NCBI GenBank assembly: GCA_965287045.1 | Contig: OZ336874.1 | Location: 54,932,001-54,996,000, forward strand | From: Carcharhinus amblyrhynchos | Taxonomy: Eukaryota | Length of the DNA: 64,000 bases | Reading direction: 5' to 3' | Shown here: piece after piece, positions 1 through 11,017 of the stretch | How the letters are laid out: the number at the start of each line of letters is the position of its first letter | Position numbering within the stretch: the first letter of the stretch is position 1 | Translations under genes and position numbers: made by a program | The notes under the pieces: model-generated | Told to the model about the DNA's origin: nothing | The model's database searches: none | The model's input: the letters and a program-made list of their open reading frames with translations, nothing else

Positions 1-87
1 CATGTGGCCAGCCTTCATAAGGCAGTGCAACTATTGAAGTTCAATCCTCTCATCATCTAACATCCACACTAGCTCACTGATCATGGC

Positions 88-252
88 ATCATAGAGTCCC
101 TGGAGCGCAGAAGGAGGCCATTTGGCCCATTGAGTCCGCACTGACCACAATGCCATGCAGGCCCTATTCCTGTAATCCCACATATTTACCCTGATGATCT
201 CCTGACACTAGGATGAATTTAGCATTGCCAACTAACCTAACCTGCACATCTC
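88..252 (-). mobile_element. HE1-type V-SINE, 3' fragment
   Basis: Matches the tail of the full SINE copies at 19920-20243 and 38645-38967 (ggaggccatttggccc...accacaat...tagcattgccaa...cctgcacatct). Confidence 0.8.
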
Positions 253-1779
253 ACTGGAAAATGAGCCAGAGCATAGATTTTGGTTGAAATTTTCTCCTCC
301 CTAATCCATGGGACCTGAGACTGATTGTAGTGGTTTCTCTTCCAGGATTTTTATTAAAATTCAAGTTTGTCATGCATGTAAACACAACCATGAAAAATTC
401 TCTATGACCTTAACATATCATGCACCATTTCTGTAGATAACCTAGAGTTGCTGTGAAATTCGATCCCAGGGTACAATTTACAGTGTAAACAATTTATCTA
501 TTTGTTCTGAATCATCACATGTACTATCACCTACTGCACTGCATATCTCCTTGTGTTAATGCCCATGTAAGAAGACACATTGGGATATGATGCATGATAA
601 TAATAAATAGCACATGAACTGGCAAGTGCTTTTGTTTTTGGTTGTTGATCTGGGTGAATGCCACAAGCTGGCCCTTTTCCACACAAGTTTCTCATCTTTA
701 TTATAATATCTAAATAAACCAGAGCTGCTGCTTAAATACAATCTCATTCAAATCAAACCAGGTGAAGCACCCTGGTAAAGCTGTTGCATGTTATAAAATG
801 CAGCATCACTCGCATTATTTTGACACATACACAGAGTGCTTTGTAAAGTACTTGCCCATGACAACCAGATAGTCCAAGAGCTTGATAATGAGATAAGCTG
901 AAGGTATTTAAACCCGCTGCTTCATTTATTTGGCATTGTAAATACTACACTAGCCTAATTTTGTTGAGAAACTATTCTTGGAAAAATAGGGACTTTCTTC
1001 ACAGCCACCTCTGTGCCAATTTTTTGAGAAAGGGTTGTCAGTAATCTTCCTTTTGATTTAAGTATGATCAGCTTACTGTCATAATACTGACAGTTATTAT
1101 AAACGATGTGATGTCCTGTTGAGAGACTGGGAAGAAAGGAGATTTTGAAGAAGTGAGACATTACAGCATGCAGCAACGTTTTTGCAGACACTGTATGGTG
1201 CAAAAACAATATTTTATCCATGAGTGAGGGAGACTGAACAATGTTAGTTTTCTTCATGCTATGTGCTACATTGTTATGAGTGTCCATCAGGCTTTGCTAT
1301 AATAGCTCTTCCTTCCTGACAATGAGAGCAGAATTTCCAAGTGTCACAGATTCAGCTTATGTGTTTTATTGTTGTCCATGTTCAAAGTGTGAGATTAGTT
1401 ATTTTCTTATCCTGAAAGTGGTTTGTTCCAATTTAAGTCATTCCAGCAGCAAGTTTTTTGGTGAATTTAAGAAGTACCGATTATTTATTAGCCCACACTT
1501 GCCTAGAGGTTTAATGCAACATCTCAAACACAGGCAAACGTTAAATACAGGTAACAGAATTTGATTACAAGTAGTAGTTATTTCAATCTCTTTCATAGCA
1601 AGCCTTCGTTTCTTAAGATAAACTAATGTTTTGGGTGGGATGGAGGTCATGTTAAACAGAGGCTCTTCAGTAGGCTGTGAGGCTTCTTGTAATTGTATTG
1701 CCAGGAAGTTGGCTCTCAGTTGAACTTGAAGAAGTTGGGAGAGAATCCTTCTCCCACTTTCAAAGTCAATGGTAGCCAT

Positions 1780-2266
1780 GATGTGGACATGCTGGCGTTC
1801 GACTGAGGTGGGCACAGTAAGAAGTCTCACAACACGGACAATCACATCCACTTGTGAAATTCACAACTCTCTTTGGTAAGGATGAACTATTAACAGGATG
1901 GACTATCACACATCAGCTAACTCACCTTTCTACTTCACCCGGACCATAAAAACATCAAAACTCTATGCCTTTTCTGAAAGGCATTGAAAGGGATAATTTC
2001 TCTTGAATGGGGTCAATCAACTAAAAAACCATGGCTATCTCAAAAGCCCTCAACATGTGAAAAGCTAAAACATTGGATGTGAGAAAAACACTGACTTTTA
2101 TGGAAGAAGGCTTTTGAATCTGTAATTGGTCACATAATTAAATCAGCTATGACAACACCAGTTTAAAGTCCAACACTCACTCGCCTGATGAAGGAGCAGC
2201 TCCAAAAACTCATGATTACAAATGAACCTGTTGGACTTTAAACTGGTGTTGAGACTTCTTACTGTG
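1780..2266. mobile_element. Penelope-like element pLTR fragments in inverted arrangement, carrying a captured insert
   Basis: cagtaagaagtctcacaacac and cctgttggactttaaactggtgttgagacttcttactgt match the pLTR of the RT/GIY-YIG element at 20990-23768. Direct repeat cccactttcaaa at 1753-1764 and 2267-2278. Confidence 0.8.
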
Positions 2267-2714
2267 CCCACTTTCAAAATATAGTGGTTTTACTTTGGCT
2301 GTGCAGTTAGCTCGATGGTTTTTCAGATGATGTTTTGGTTGATATTTCTCAGTGTTCTGATCTGAATAGTTTTTGCTGTTAAAAGGACAGGTAACAAACA
2401 TGGCTGACTTAATCATGTGATCAATTACAAATTCAAACACCAATCTTCCATAAAAGGCAGTGGGGTTTATTTTCACATCCAATGCTTTTCACATGTTGAG
2501 GGCTTTTGGGATAGCCATGGTTTTGTAATTGACTGACTCCATTCAAGGGAAATTATCCCTTTTGAATGCCTTTCAGAAAAGGCACAGTTTCGATGTTTTT
2601 ATGGTCCAGGATTATGTAGAAAGGTGAGTTGGCTGATGAGTGATAGTCCATTCTGTTGATAGTTCATCTTTACCAAAAGGAGCTGTGACTTTAATAAGTA
2701 GCTGCGTTTGTTCA
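1836..2714. repeat. ~315-bp inverted duplication (1836-2151 vs 2399-2714)
   Basis: For example aaaccatggctatctcaaaagccctcaacatgtgaaaagc is the reverse complement of gcttttcacatgttgagggcttttgggatagccatggttt. The alignment extends over both arms. Confidence 0.92.
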
Positions 2715-3069
2715 TATTTTAATTGGATTTTTTTTTGAATCAGGTGTGTCTGGAGGTCATGTCACCAAACTCATGTGAGATTTCCAGCCATCATCACTAA
2801 AACTGTTAGCTATGATTTAGTAGCCACACTAGCCGCGAGCGTAAATTCCATAATGGCTGCTAAATCTTACAAAAGACAAAAAATGGGATTTATGCCAGTG
2901 AGATTTCAGTTTCTGATCTTCACCAGCCCCTCCAATAACACAACTAGGTTTACGCCCAGAAAGGGCATGAGTCTGATTTGCATATATTATAATATCATCA
3001 GTGGCCTTGCTGGCACTACCTTCACCCTCAATGTATCTTTCCATTCAACGCAAATCGCTTTGCAAAAAA

Positions 3070-4050
3070 GAAAACCAGTCGTGATGACCACGCTGAGAGT
3101 GGGGGAGACAGGGAAGTATAGTACCTGGGGGTGGGGGAGGCCCATGTCTGTGCAGCATCCTGGCAGGGGCAACCTAATTCTGCCAGGATGCCAGTTCCAG
3201 GGTGTCAGTGCTAGGGATGGACCCTTTGGGGTCCAGAGTGGGGCATGCCACAATGCTTTTCAGGGAGAGAGTGTGCCCCCATTGCCTGTTAGGGGGAGAG
3301 AATGCCCCAGTGCTAAGGCGGGGTGGGGGGGGGGGGGGTGGTGGCGGCAGTGTCCCAATGCCTGTGTAGTGTGGTGGGAAGTTGCCCTGATGCCTGTATT
3401 GTGGGGGTGGGGGAGTGTGCACTGATGCCTGCCTATGTTGTGGGGTGGGGGAGCAGAGTGCACTGATGTCTCTGTTCTGGGGATGGGGTGGGGAGGGATG
3501 GAGTGTGCCGATACCTGTGTTGTAGGGGCATCACCCCAATGCTTGTGGCAGAGTACCTCCATGCCCTTGAGAGGAGTTTATTCTTCTCGCAGATCAGGGC
3601 ACCTTTTAAAGATGGCACCCTGGTGTGCATGGAGCCAGCCTTACCAGCTCTATCAGACACTGCTTGAGTGACAGCACGAACCACACCCCCCAGATTCTCT
3701 GCACATTGAGTGCCAGAGAAGCTGCAGTAGAAACTTGGCTGTGCAGCTGGAGAGACATGCACTGGTTTGTAGTGTGAAACTGACTGACAAATTTTAAGAC
3801 AATTCCATTCCTGTGTCCATTTCAAAACACAGGCTCAAGTCTCCCTTCAGAATCCCTTTCCTGACCTTAATCCGACAAAAAAAACACACCTTTCTCTGAA
3901 TTTGCTGGGGTTGGGGGGAGCAATCTTCCAGTGGAGAATCCTTCCAAACTGATTCAGTGCAGGAAACCTCAGAGGCATCGGTGAAGGGAATCCACTGAGA
4001 CGCCAGACCCTGTTCTTACAGCACGAGCTGCCTTATTTTGTTAAATAAGA
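3070..4050. repeat. G-rich, internally repetitive interspersed element, probably a non-autonomous DNA transposon
   Basis: Repeated gtgcc/tgatgcc + G-run units. Similar composition to 13238-13715 and 63540-64000. The ORFs here are low-complexity artefacts. Confidence 0.4.
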
Positions 4051-4332
4051 GGTTTAAGTGTCCCAACTTCTAGCCATAGCTTTTCAAGGAAGCTTTAGTT
4101 GTGTAGGGAGCCAGGTAGGTAAAGTAAGTGGTTAAGTGGGTAGGCTGGGTAAGTGGGTTAGAGTGGCAGTTGGTTATAGTGGTGAGATCAGGTAATGTCA
4201 GTCTGGAGGCGTTGGGTGGTTTTGGTGGAGTAGGAGTCGGTAGTGGGGTAGTAATTGGGTGGGACTGTCTGGGAATAAAGTCATGGGGGCTAGTCAGGTC
4301 AGGAAGCTCTGGTTCATAATTGTAAAACATTG

Positions 4333-5160
4333 TGTTGTGCCTGCCACATTGTCTGTTTTAACCCTTATACGATGGACAAAGCATTGCGAGTAGACTTCTT
4401 GTTAGTACAACCAATATTTATTTAAAACACAGAGTCAATAATCACCCACCCAACCAACAATAACTTATTGTTAATATCTTACAGAAAATACTAAAGTTCA
4501 AGTCCAATACTAGATCTTGACAACTTTGCATGACCGGCAAATACCCAAGCAGATATTGGCCTTTATCGTACACTGGTCTCTGTGGCCCTCTGTGTAGTCT
4601 GGCCCTTTGGCCTAATCTGGCACTCTGGCTCTAGTCTTCCTTCCTTCTCGGATGTGGTAGCTCTCCTCGTGCTGGTCGTTGCTGGCCACGTTCACCATTG
4701 TTGTAGCTCATTCATGGGGTCAGAGAGAGGGAGCTGCTTCTGTGGTGCAGCACTTTTTATCCCTTCTTGCTTTTGTGTCCTTTTGGGTGGTCTCCTGATT
4801 CTTGTCAATCAATCAATCGATCAGGGCTTGATCACCCTGATCGATAAGAATCCAATCAGGTGCTAACACACCAATCTCTGGGTGTGTCCCAAACAGCCAT
4901 CCCTGTAGGTGCTGGAAGCACGTAGGTCACAGGCCTCCCTCCCAAATAAGAGGTTAAAGTTCTCCTTTGTCTGGTAAACAACCCAGTTTGACCAGAGAGT
5001 CCCCTTTGTCCTGGAGATGGCCCATATCTTGTGTATTCAGTCATCTGAGCTGCGGCCTGTTCATCTCTGTCTTTTAGGCTGCAGCCTGCTGTTTTAATTC
5101 TTGCCCAGTTGTCCCAGGTTGCTTTATAAATTGCCATTTTGGGTGGCCCATTTGGCCATA
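4333..5160 (-). repeat. 3' LTR
   Basis: Colinear with 8796-9612 (10 mismatches in a 120-bp segment I aligned). Minus-strand AATAAA at 4417-4422. Confidence 0.93.
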
Positions 5161-5176
5161 GTCCCTCCTTTGATCC
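5161..5176 (-). promoter_or_regulatory. Polypurine tract (PPT)
   Basis: The minus strand reads ggatcaaaggagggac immediately before the 3' LTR start. Confidence 0.8.
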
Positions 5177-5699
5177 TGAATGCAAAGTGTGATGGATCAC
5201 AAACTTAGGACTAATATCTGTCAGGAATTCCCCAGTCACTCAACAGTCAAGCAAGGCGCAGGCATTGGCATGCAAAGCAATAATACATCCCTCTAACATA
5301 TTTACATTCCAGAAGTTACAGACAGCAAACATCCTGCTGTTAACCATGAATTACAAATAACTACACACTCTGAAGCAAAATCATTACAATAAGTCAATTA
5401 TAAACAACCAAACATTCAAAAAACATTACAATCATGAGTCCAATACACGTTCCGATATTAAGATTTTCAACTGTCCATTATTGTCCAGTAGTGCAAAGTG
5501 CAATCTCTGTAAAATTGTGCAAATAAATTAGAGGGGATCGTGATTCGAAGGTGAACCCCATGTTTAATGTTGTGTCAAACCACAAATAGCCGGGATATGA
5601 AAGGTTCATCGTGCTTATTCTGATCATGAGTCTGATAAGGTTGCATCTTTTGTCATCATCTGCCATTGTCCAGAGGAGATCAATGTAATTTCTGCTGTT

Positions 5700-6336
5700 A
5701 TCACATCTAATATTTGATGTATTTACTCTTTGTGCACCCCCCCTTTTTTTCCTGAAGCTGTATTGTATTTAGATAATCCACTGGTAAAAGATCTGACTCC
5801 CAAGTGGCAACATTCTGTTCAAAGGTCAACGTCAACTGGTGAAAGTATAACAAATGACATTTGATTTTTAAAAATCAGTATACAGCTTTCAAGAAATGAG
5901 TTTTAAAACAAAAGACCATCAGTTTGCTTTCAAAGAGTCTTGCAATAAGTTACAGGAAAAGGCTGTTGCATAGGGAGATCTCTCATTACCTTTCAGTGGC
6001 AAGGAAAATGACTCAGAAGTAACTAGGTACATTGCTGGCTATATTCAACTTGCGGTCTCAATCCCTTGACACATGTTCCATGCAATTTTCCAAGTAAAGA
6101 CATTTAAGTTCATTAAAAGCCACACTTTTTAAATGAAGTGCTCAATCCTCATAACGAGTTAACTGAGTCAATAATGGATAGCAAGATTAATCATGGTGAA
6201 AATGGTTCTCTAGCATTTTAACATAACAGGCAAATCAAATTTCATCAGATACAGCTGTCTGTGGTTCCAGGAGCCATTTTGGGAACAAGATGGGAGCTTG
6301 ATCCTGAATCTGGCAGAAATGCTTCTTTTGCTTTGA
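5700..6336 (-). other. Probable 3' UTR of the captured CIRBP-like mRNA
   Basis: Non-repetitive AT-rich sequence continuing from the CIRBP-like stop. Possible AGTAAA signal near 5722-5727 and no poly(A) tract. The distal boundary is uncertain. Confidence 0.55.
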
Positions 6337-6796
6337 TCAGTCAGTATAACTACCACCACCACTGTAGTAGTATCCATCTTAGCCCTTGTTCCCAGCTGAA
6401 TAGTTATCCCAGTCCCCCCTATTGTACCGGCTTCCACTGTTATTGCCACCTTTCCTGTCACTATCCCCAGTAGCCACCTCCTGCTCCTCTCCCGCGGCCA
6501 CTGTTACTGTAGCCATCTTGATCATACCAGCGGCCATCTCCAGACCTTTTCTTGGCATGACCCACCCAGATCTGGTGCCCATCAGATGATTTCCTGTTCA
6601 TTGCTTGCAATGCATCCCTGGTGTCCCCTGGGTTTTCAGAAGAGATGAAGCTGAAACAGCAGGATGCCATGGTGTCCTTGTCTTTAATCACTTTCACCTC
6701 AGAGATTTGCCTGTACTTGGAGAAAACCTCTTCCAGAGACTGCTTGTCTGCGTTGAAGGTCAGGCCGCTGACAAACAACTTCCCTGCTTCAGTCAT
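6337..6796 (-). pseudogene. CIRBP: Processed copy of cold-inducible RNA-binding protein (CIRBP/RBM3 family): RRM + Gly/Arg/Tyr-rich tail
   Basis: MTEAGKLFVSGLTFNADKQSLEEVFSKYRQISEVKVIKDKDT...AMNRKSSDGHQIWVGHA closely parallels the CIRBP RRM (EGKLFVGGLSF...SLEQVFSKYGQISEV...AMNGKSVDGRQIRVDQA). Intronless; RNP1 decayed; frameshift near 6463 and an internal stop near 6380. Confidence 0.9.
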
Positions 6797-6839
6797 GATG
6801 ACGGGATTGCTGTGCACTTGAGAGTGTGAAGCTCTAGGA

Positions 6840-8508
6840 GCTGGTGGAGCTGATGGCCCTGGTGGTCTTGGGAACCGTGGTGGGGGTCTCCTACAATCTC
6901 GGGCGAAGTGTCCAGGCTGCCGCAGTTAAAACACATCCCTCTATCTCTCCCCGGGGCTGCTGTGTAAGGTGGAACTGTATCTCTCTGGTGTTGGGGATCT
7001 CCTCTACCTTAGTTTCTCCATACTGTACCCTGGCCCGCCCTCATCAGAAGCATTCTCGTCTCCCTATCTGACCGTGATATTGGGGCTCCCTTATCTTCCT
7101 GTTCCCAGACATGAGCTAACCGTCGGAAAACCCATGCTTCATTGTGTGCGGTCTCTGCGGGGTGAAAATTAGCACAGGCTTTCTTGCCTTCCTCTGTGGT
7201 GTGTGAGACTAATGTCCTAGCCCATTTGGACGGATCAGCTTCATCTAATTTAGCCCGATCTAATTCCCCATACACTCCCGCGAAGTGGATCCATAAACAA
7301 CCGGCAAAGGCAGTTGGATGTTCTCCTTTCCTCTGTCTACATTTATTTAACCCATCGACAGGATCCCATTTATAAAATCCTACCGTGGTCAATATTGCTT
7401 CCTTGATCTCTTTCAAGGTTCCTTCCCCGAAATTTTGACAGGCTGGCAGGGCACACCGTACAGACTTGCTTAAGCACATGACTATCAGCTTCATTTCTTT
7501 TCTTTCATCTAGCCCATGCACTATCTTCTGCTGCCCAATATCCTCAAAGAAACTGTGGGTCAGACGATGACTCAAAGGTTGTGATTTTATTTGCGATTTT
7601 GGCCAATTGTGCCACCGTAAACGGGATCGTGTATGTAACAGCTGGGCCCTGAGACTCTCCTACCTGACATTCAGCCATCACTGGGTGCATCGGTACTGGA
7701 GGTGAATCAGGGGCACGGTGGGCATGACTTCCTCTGGGAAAGATGGTGGTGGACCCCAATCATCGATTCACATAATGTAAAGTTTAGCATTCTCCTTTAA
7801 CTCTGCCCAATCTGCATCCTCTATCTCCTCTTCTCTACTGTCCCGAAGGTACACATAAATCCATTTTGAACTGATAATCGGGATTCCAGCTGTGAAATTA
7901 CTCGCTGGCATTTGGAGTGGTCAGCGGTTGCCTGTCTCTGTTCTTTACCGGTTTGATGTAGCGCCTTTATAGCAGCCTGCAGATCAGTGCACTTAGTTTC
8001 CAATCGTGCTACCGCCCACTTGGCTTCACCTTTGGTCAAGACTGTGTGCAGGGCATTTTGGTAGGCTTTCTCATACTGGGTTTGAAAATTGCCCAGATGT
8101 AGTAAATTTGCCTGGCTGGTTCTCTAATTCCTCCACCTCTCTGTCCTTTTTGGCTCATATTTGGTCTATCCTCTCCTGATGCTGTTCCCTTAGTTTCTTA
8201 ATCTCCTTCTTCTTTTCCTCCTATGCCTGCTTCTACTCCTCCAGTCCCTTACGAACTATGTTTAATTCCTTTTCTGTTCCTAGCAGCTGTCCTAAGCAGC
8301 TCATAATGACAGTCACTTTCTCACATTTGCCCGCCTGTTTTCCCTGAACTTTCCTCACACCGCCCCAATACTTCTGCCCCAGGGATCCCGGTCCCACCTC
8401 AGCATTGGCACAAGATCCTGCCCATAACGGCCATCCTTTCTTCTCAATATATTCTCTGAATTTTGTTTCTCTTATGGGACACTTTGTCTCTGTGCTGTTT
8501 CCTGCCAT
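6840..8508 (-). pseudogene. gag: Degraded gag: N-terminal coiled coil, capsid with MHR-like motif, CCHC zinc knuckle
   Basis: Consecutive minus-strand ORF fragments 8233-8508, 7821-8039, 7544-7759 and 7009-7575 (CRQRKGEHPTAFA). CFNCG/QPGHFARDC at ~6893-6933 with a 1-nt deletion. Confidence 0.85.
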
Positions 8509-8775
8509 TCTGTCTTCAACAACAAGGGATTTGATTGGACTACGGATACAGCTTTGGCTATGTTTTAGTCCTAATCTCTCTGGATTCTAATGTAAACCTG
8601 CGGAGTTTACCCTATCCTCCTTGTTAGTAACAATGCACGCACAATAAATAATTTCCCGAAAGCAGTTATTTGTCCAATAAGGAGTTTTCATGTGTTGGCT
8701 CTGAGTTTTAAATAATCATTCAATGTAGGTTCTGTGGGATTCGATATCGGAGCAACAAAGTTACTTCTTGTCGAT

Positions 8776-8793
8776 GTCGCACCAGAGTAGCCA
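8776..8793 (-). promoter_or_regulatory. Primer-binding site, tRNA-Arg(TCT)-like
   Basis: Minus-strand tggctactctggtgcgac 2 nt after the LTR end. The plus strand gtcgcaccagagtagcca resembles the vertebrate tRNA-Arg-TCT 3' end (...tcccaccagagtcgcca), recalled from memory. Confidence 0.7.
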
Positions 8794-8795
8794 AT

Positions 8796-9612
8796 TGTTG
8801 TGCTTGCCACATAGTTTGTTTTAACATTTATATGATGGACAGAGAATTGCGAGTAGACTTCTTGTTAGCATAACCAATATTTATTTAAAACACACAATCA
8901 ATAATCATCCATCCAACCAACAATAAATTTTCTTACAGAAAATACTAAAGTTCAAGTCCAATTCTAGACCTTAACTTAACTTTGTGTGACACAAGTACCC
9001 AGGCAGATTTTGGCCTTTCTCTGTGTGCTGGTCTCTGTAGTCCTCTGTATAGTCTGGTCTTTTGGTCTGGTCTGGCACTCTGTCTTCCTTCCTTCTCCGG
9101 TATGGTGGCTGTCCTCATGTTGGTCGTTGCTGGCGATGGTCATTGTTATTGTAGCTCGATCGTGGAGTCAGAGAGAGAGAGAGAGCTGCTTCTGTTGTGC
9201 AGCACCTTTTATCCCTCCTTGGTTTTCTGCCCTTTTGGGTGGTCTCCTAATTCTTGTCAATCAATCAATCGATCAGGGCTTGATCACCCTGATGGATAAG
9301 AGTTCAATCAGGCGCTAACACACCAGTCTCTGGGTGTGTCCCCAACAGCCATGCCTGTAGGTGTTGGAGGCAGGTAGGTCACGGACCTCCCTCCCAAATA
9401 AGGGGTTAAAGTTCTCCTTTGTCTGGTAAACAACCCAGTTTGACCAGAGAGTTCCCTTTGTCCTGGAGATGGCCCATATCCCGTGTATTCAGTTATCTAG
9501 GTTGCATCCTGTTTATCTCTGTCTTTTAAGCTGCAGCCTGCAGTTTTAGTTCTTGTCCAATTGTCCCAGAGTGCTTTACAAATCACCAGTTTAGGTGGCC
9601 CATTTGGCCACA
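8796..9612 (-). repeat. 5' LTR
   Basis: TG...CA termini (tgttgtgc...ggccaca); direct repeat of 4333-5160. Confidence 0.93.
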
Positions 9613-9620
9613 ATTATAAT

Positions 9621-9751
9621 NNNNNNNNNNNNNNNNNNNNNNNNNNNNNNNNNNNNNNNNNNNNNNNNNNNNNNNNNNNNNNNNNNNNNNNNNNNNNNNN
9701 NNNNNNNNNNNNNNNNNNNNNNNNNNNNNNNNNNNNNNNNNNNNNNNNNNN
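9621..9751. other. Assembly gap (131 N)
   Basis: Run of N. Confidence 1.
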
Positions 9752-9854
9752 TATTGGGGGGAGTTTTCCTGTCCCACCTGTTCTGGGGATCATAGCAGGC
9801 AGGAGGTGAACTATTTAAAGATCCATTGACCTCAGGTGGGATTTTCTTGTTTTG

Positions 9855-10610
9855 GGTGTGTATGTGTGTGAAGCTGCCTGTCTGTTTGTGTGGGTGTGTG
9901 AGAGTGTGGGTGTGTGTATGTGTGGGTGTGTGTATATGTGAGAGTGGGAGTGTGTGTCTGTATGTGCGGTTATGTGTGTCAGAGTGTGGGTGTTTATATG
10001 TATGCGAGTGTATCAGTATGTGTGGGTATGTATAAATTTGAGAGTGCCTGTGTGTATGTGTGGATGTAGAAAAATTGTAGAAAACCATAGAAAATTACAG
10101 CTCAGAAACAGGCCTTTTGGCCCTTCTTGTCTGTGCCGAACCATTTTTTGCCTAGTCCCATTGACCTGCACTTGGACCATATCCCTCCACACCCCTCTCA
10201 TCCATGAACCCGTACAAGTTTTTCTTAAATGTTAAAAGTGACTCCACATTTACCACTTTATCCGGCAGCTCATTCCAAACTCCCACCACTCTCCGTGTGA
10301 AGAAGCCCCCCCTAATATTCCCTTTAAACTTTTCTCCTTTCACCCTTAACCCATGCCCTCTGACACACCCATGTGTGTTTATATGAGAGTGTGTGTCTGT
10401 ATGTTTGGGTGTGTGAGAGTGCATGAGTGCATATGTGTGAGGTTGTGCACGTGCATGCAGGTGTGCGTATGTATGAGAGTGTCTCTGTGTGGGTGTGCGA
10501 GACTGTGTGTGTGAAGGTGTGCGTATGCATGTGGGTGTGCGTACACGTTAGAGTGTGTCAATATGTGTGAGTGTGTACATGTGAGAGTGTGTCTGTATGT
10601 TTGGGTATGC
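9855..10610. repeat. Degenerate (TG)n microsatellite, split by a CR1 fragment
   Basis: gtgtgtatgtgtg-type tracts at 9855-10070 and 10370-10610. Confidence 0.9.
10070..10362 (-). mobile_element. CR1-clade LINE 3' end
   Basis: RGHGLRVKGEKFKGNIRGGFFTRRVVGVWNELP is the typical CR1 ORF2 C-terminus, followed by the 3' UTR and a short tandem tail. Confidence 0.88.
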
Positions 10611-11017
10611 TTTATTTATATTTGTATTTATCTTAAATTTTGAGACCATCCACCCAGCAGTCTCTGTTGCTTCTCCCTGTTCCCAGTCTCTCCCAATCCA
10701 TATATCTTCTTCTGACCCTATTTTGTAGTTGTTCCCCCATGTGCTCCCAGGCCTTATTATCATTCTGTTTTTCATGACCCCTTGCATCCTTGACTCCTTC
10801 CTTCCCAACACAACAACCTTCATCCCCCAGTGCTCACTGATGCCATGAATGACTCACTCTTGAGGAGCTCCATCTTTCATATTTCAAGACTGTGTCCTCA
10901 AAAGGTTCACCCTGATCCCTATGGTGTTCAGTTTCTAACCTCAGTGTGCTCTCCAAAGTCATTGCATCATTGCTACCCGGTTCCATGCCTATCGGTCTCA
11001 TTGTTTTCTCTTCAAAT

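Larger units (their letters stand above)
4333..9612 (-). mobile_element. LTR retroelement (ERV-like or Gypsy-like, pol absent) with captured CIRBP-like cDNA
   Basis: Direct LTRs 4333-5160 and 8796-9612, PBS next to the 5' LTR, PPT next to the 3' LTR, gag remnants, and a near TSD (attg/atta). Confidence 0.92.

Noticed and set aside
620-700. HSPRST as a Crypton recombinase H-x-x-R motif
   Set aside because: Too short, and the other catalytic motifs were not found in order.
2775-3825. 216-aa and Pro/Gly-rich ORFs
   Set aside because: Translations of G/C-run low-complexity repeat; no domain.
6461-6817. Functional CIRBP gene
   Set aside because: Intronless, RNP1 degraded (SCCFSF for SRGFGF), frameshift and stop in the tail, and located inside an LTR element.
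9583-9620. YNCGQMGHLNW looks like a zinc knuckle
   Set aside because: It spans the flank/LTR boundary next to the gap and lacks the final Cys; coincidental.
9591-10561. His/Thr- and Cys/Val-rich ORFs
   Set aside because: Translations of the (TG)n microsatellite and the N gap.
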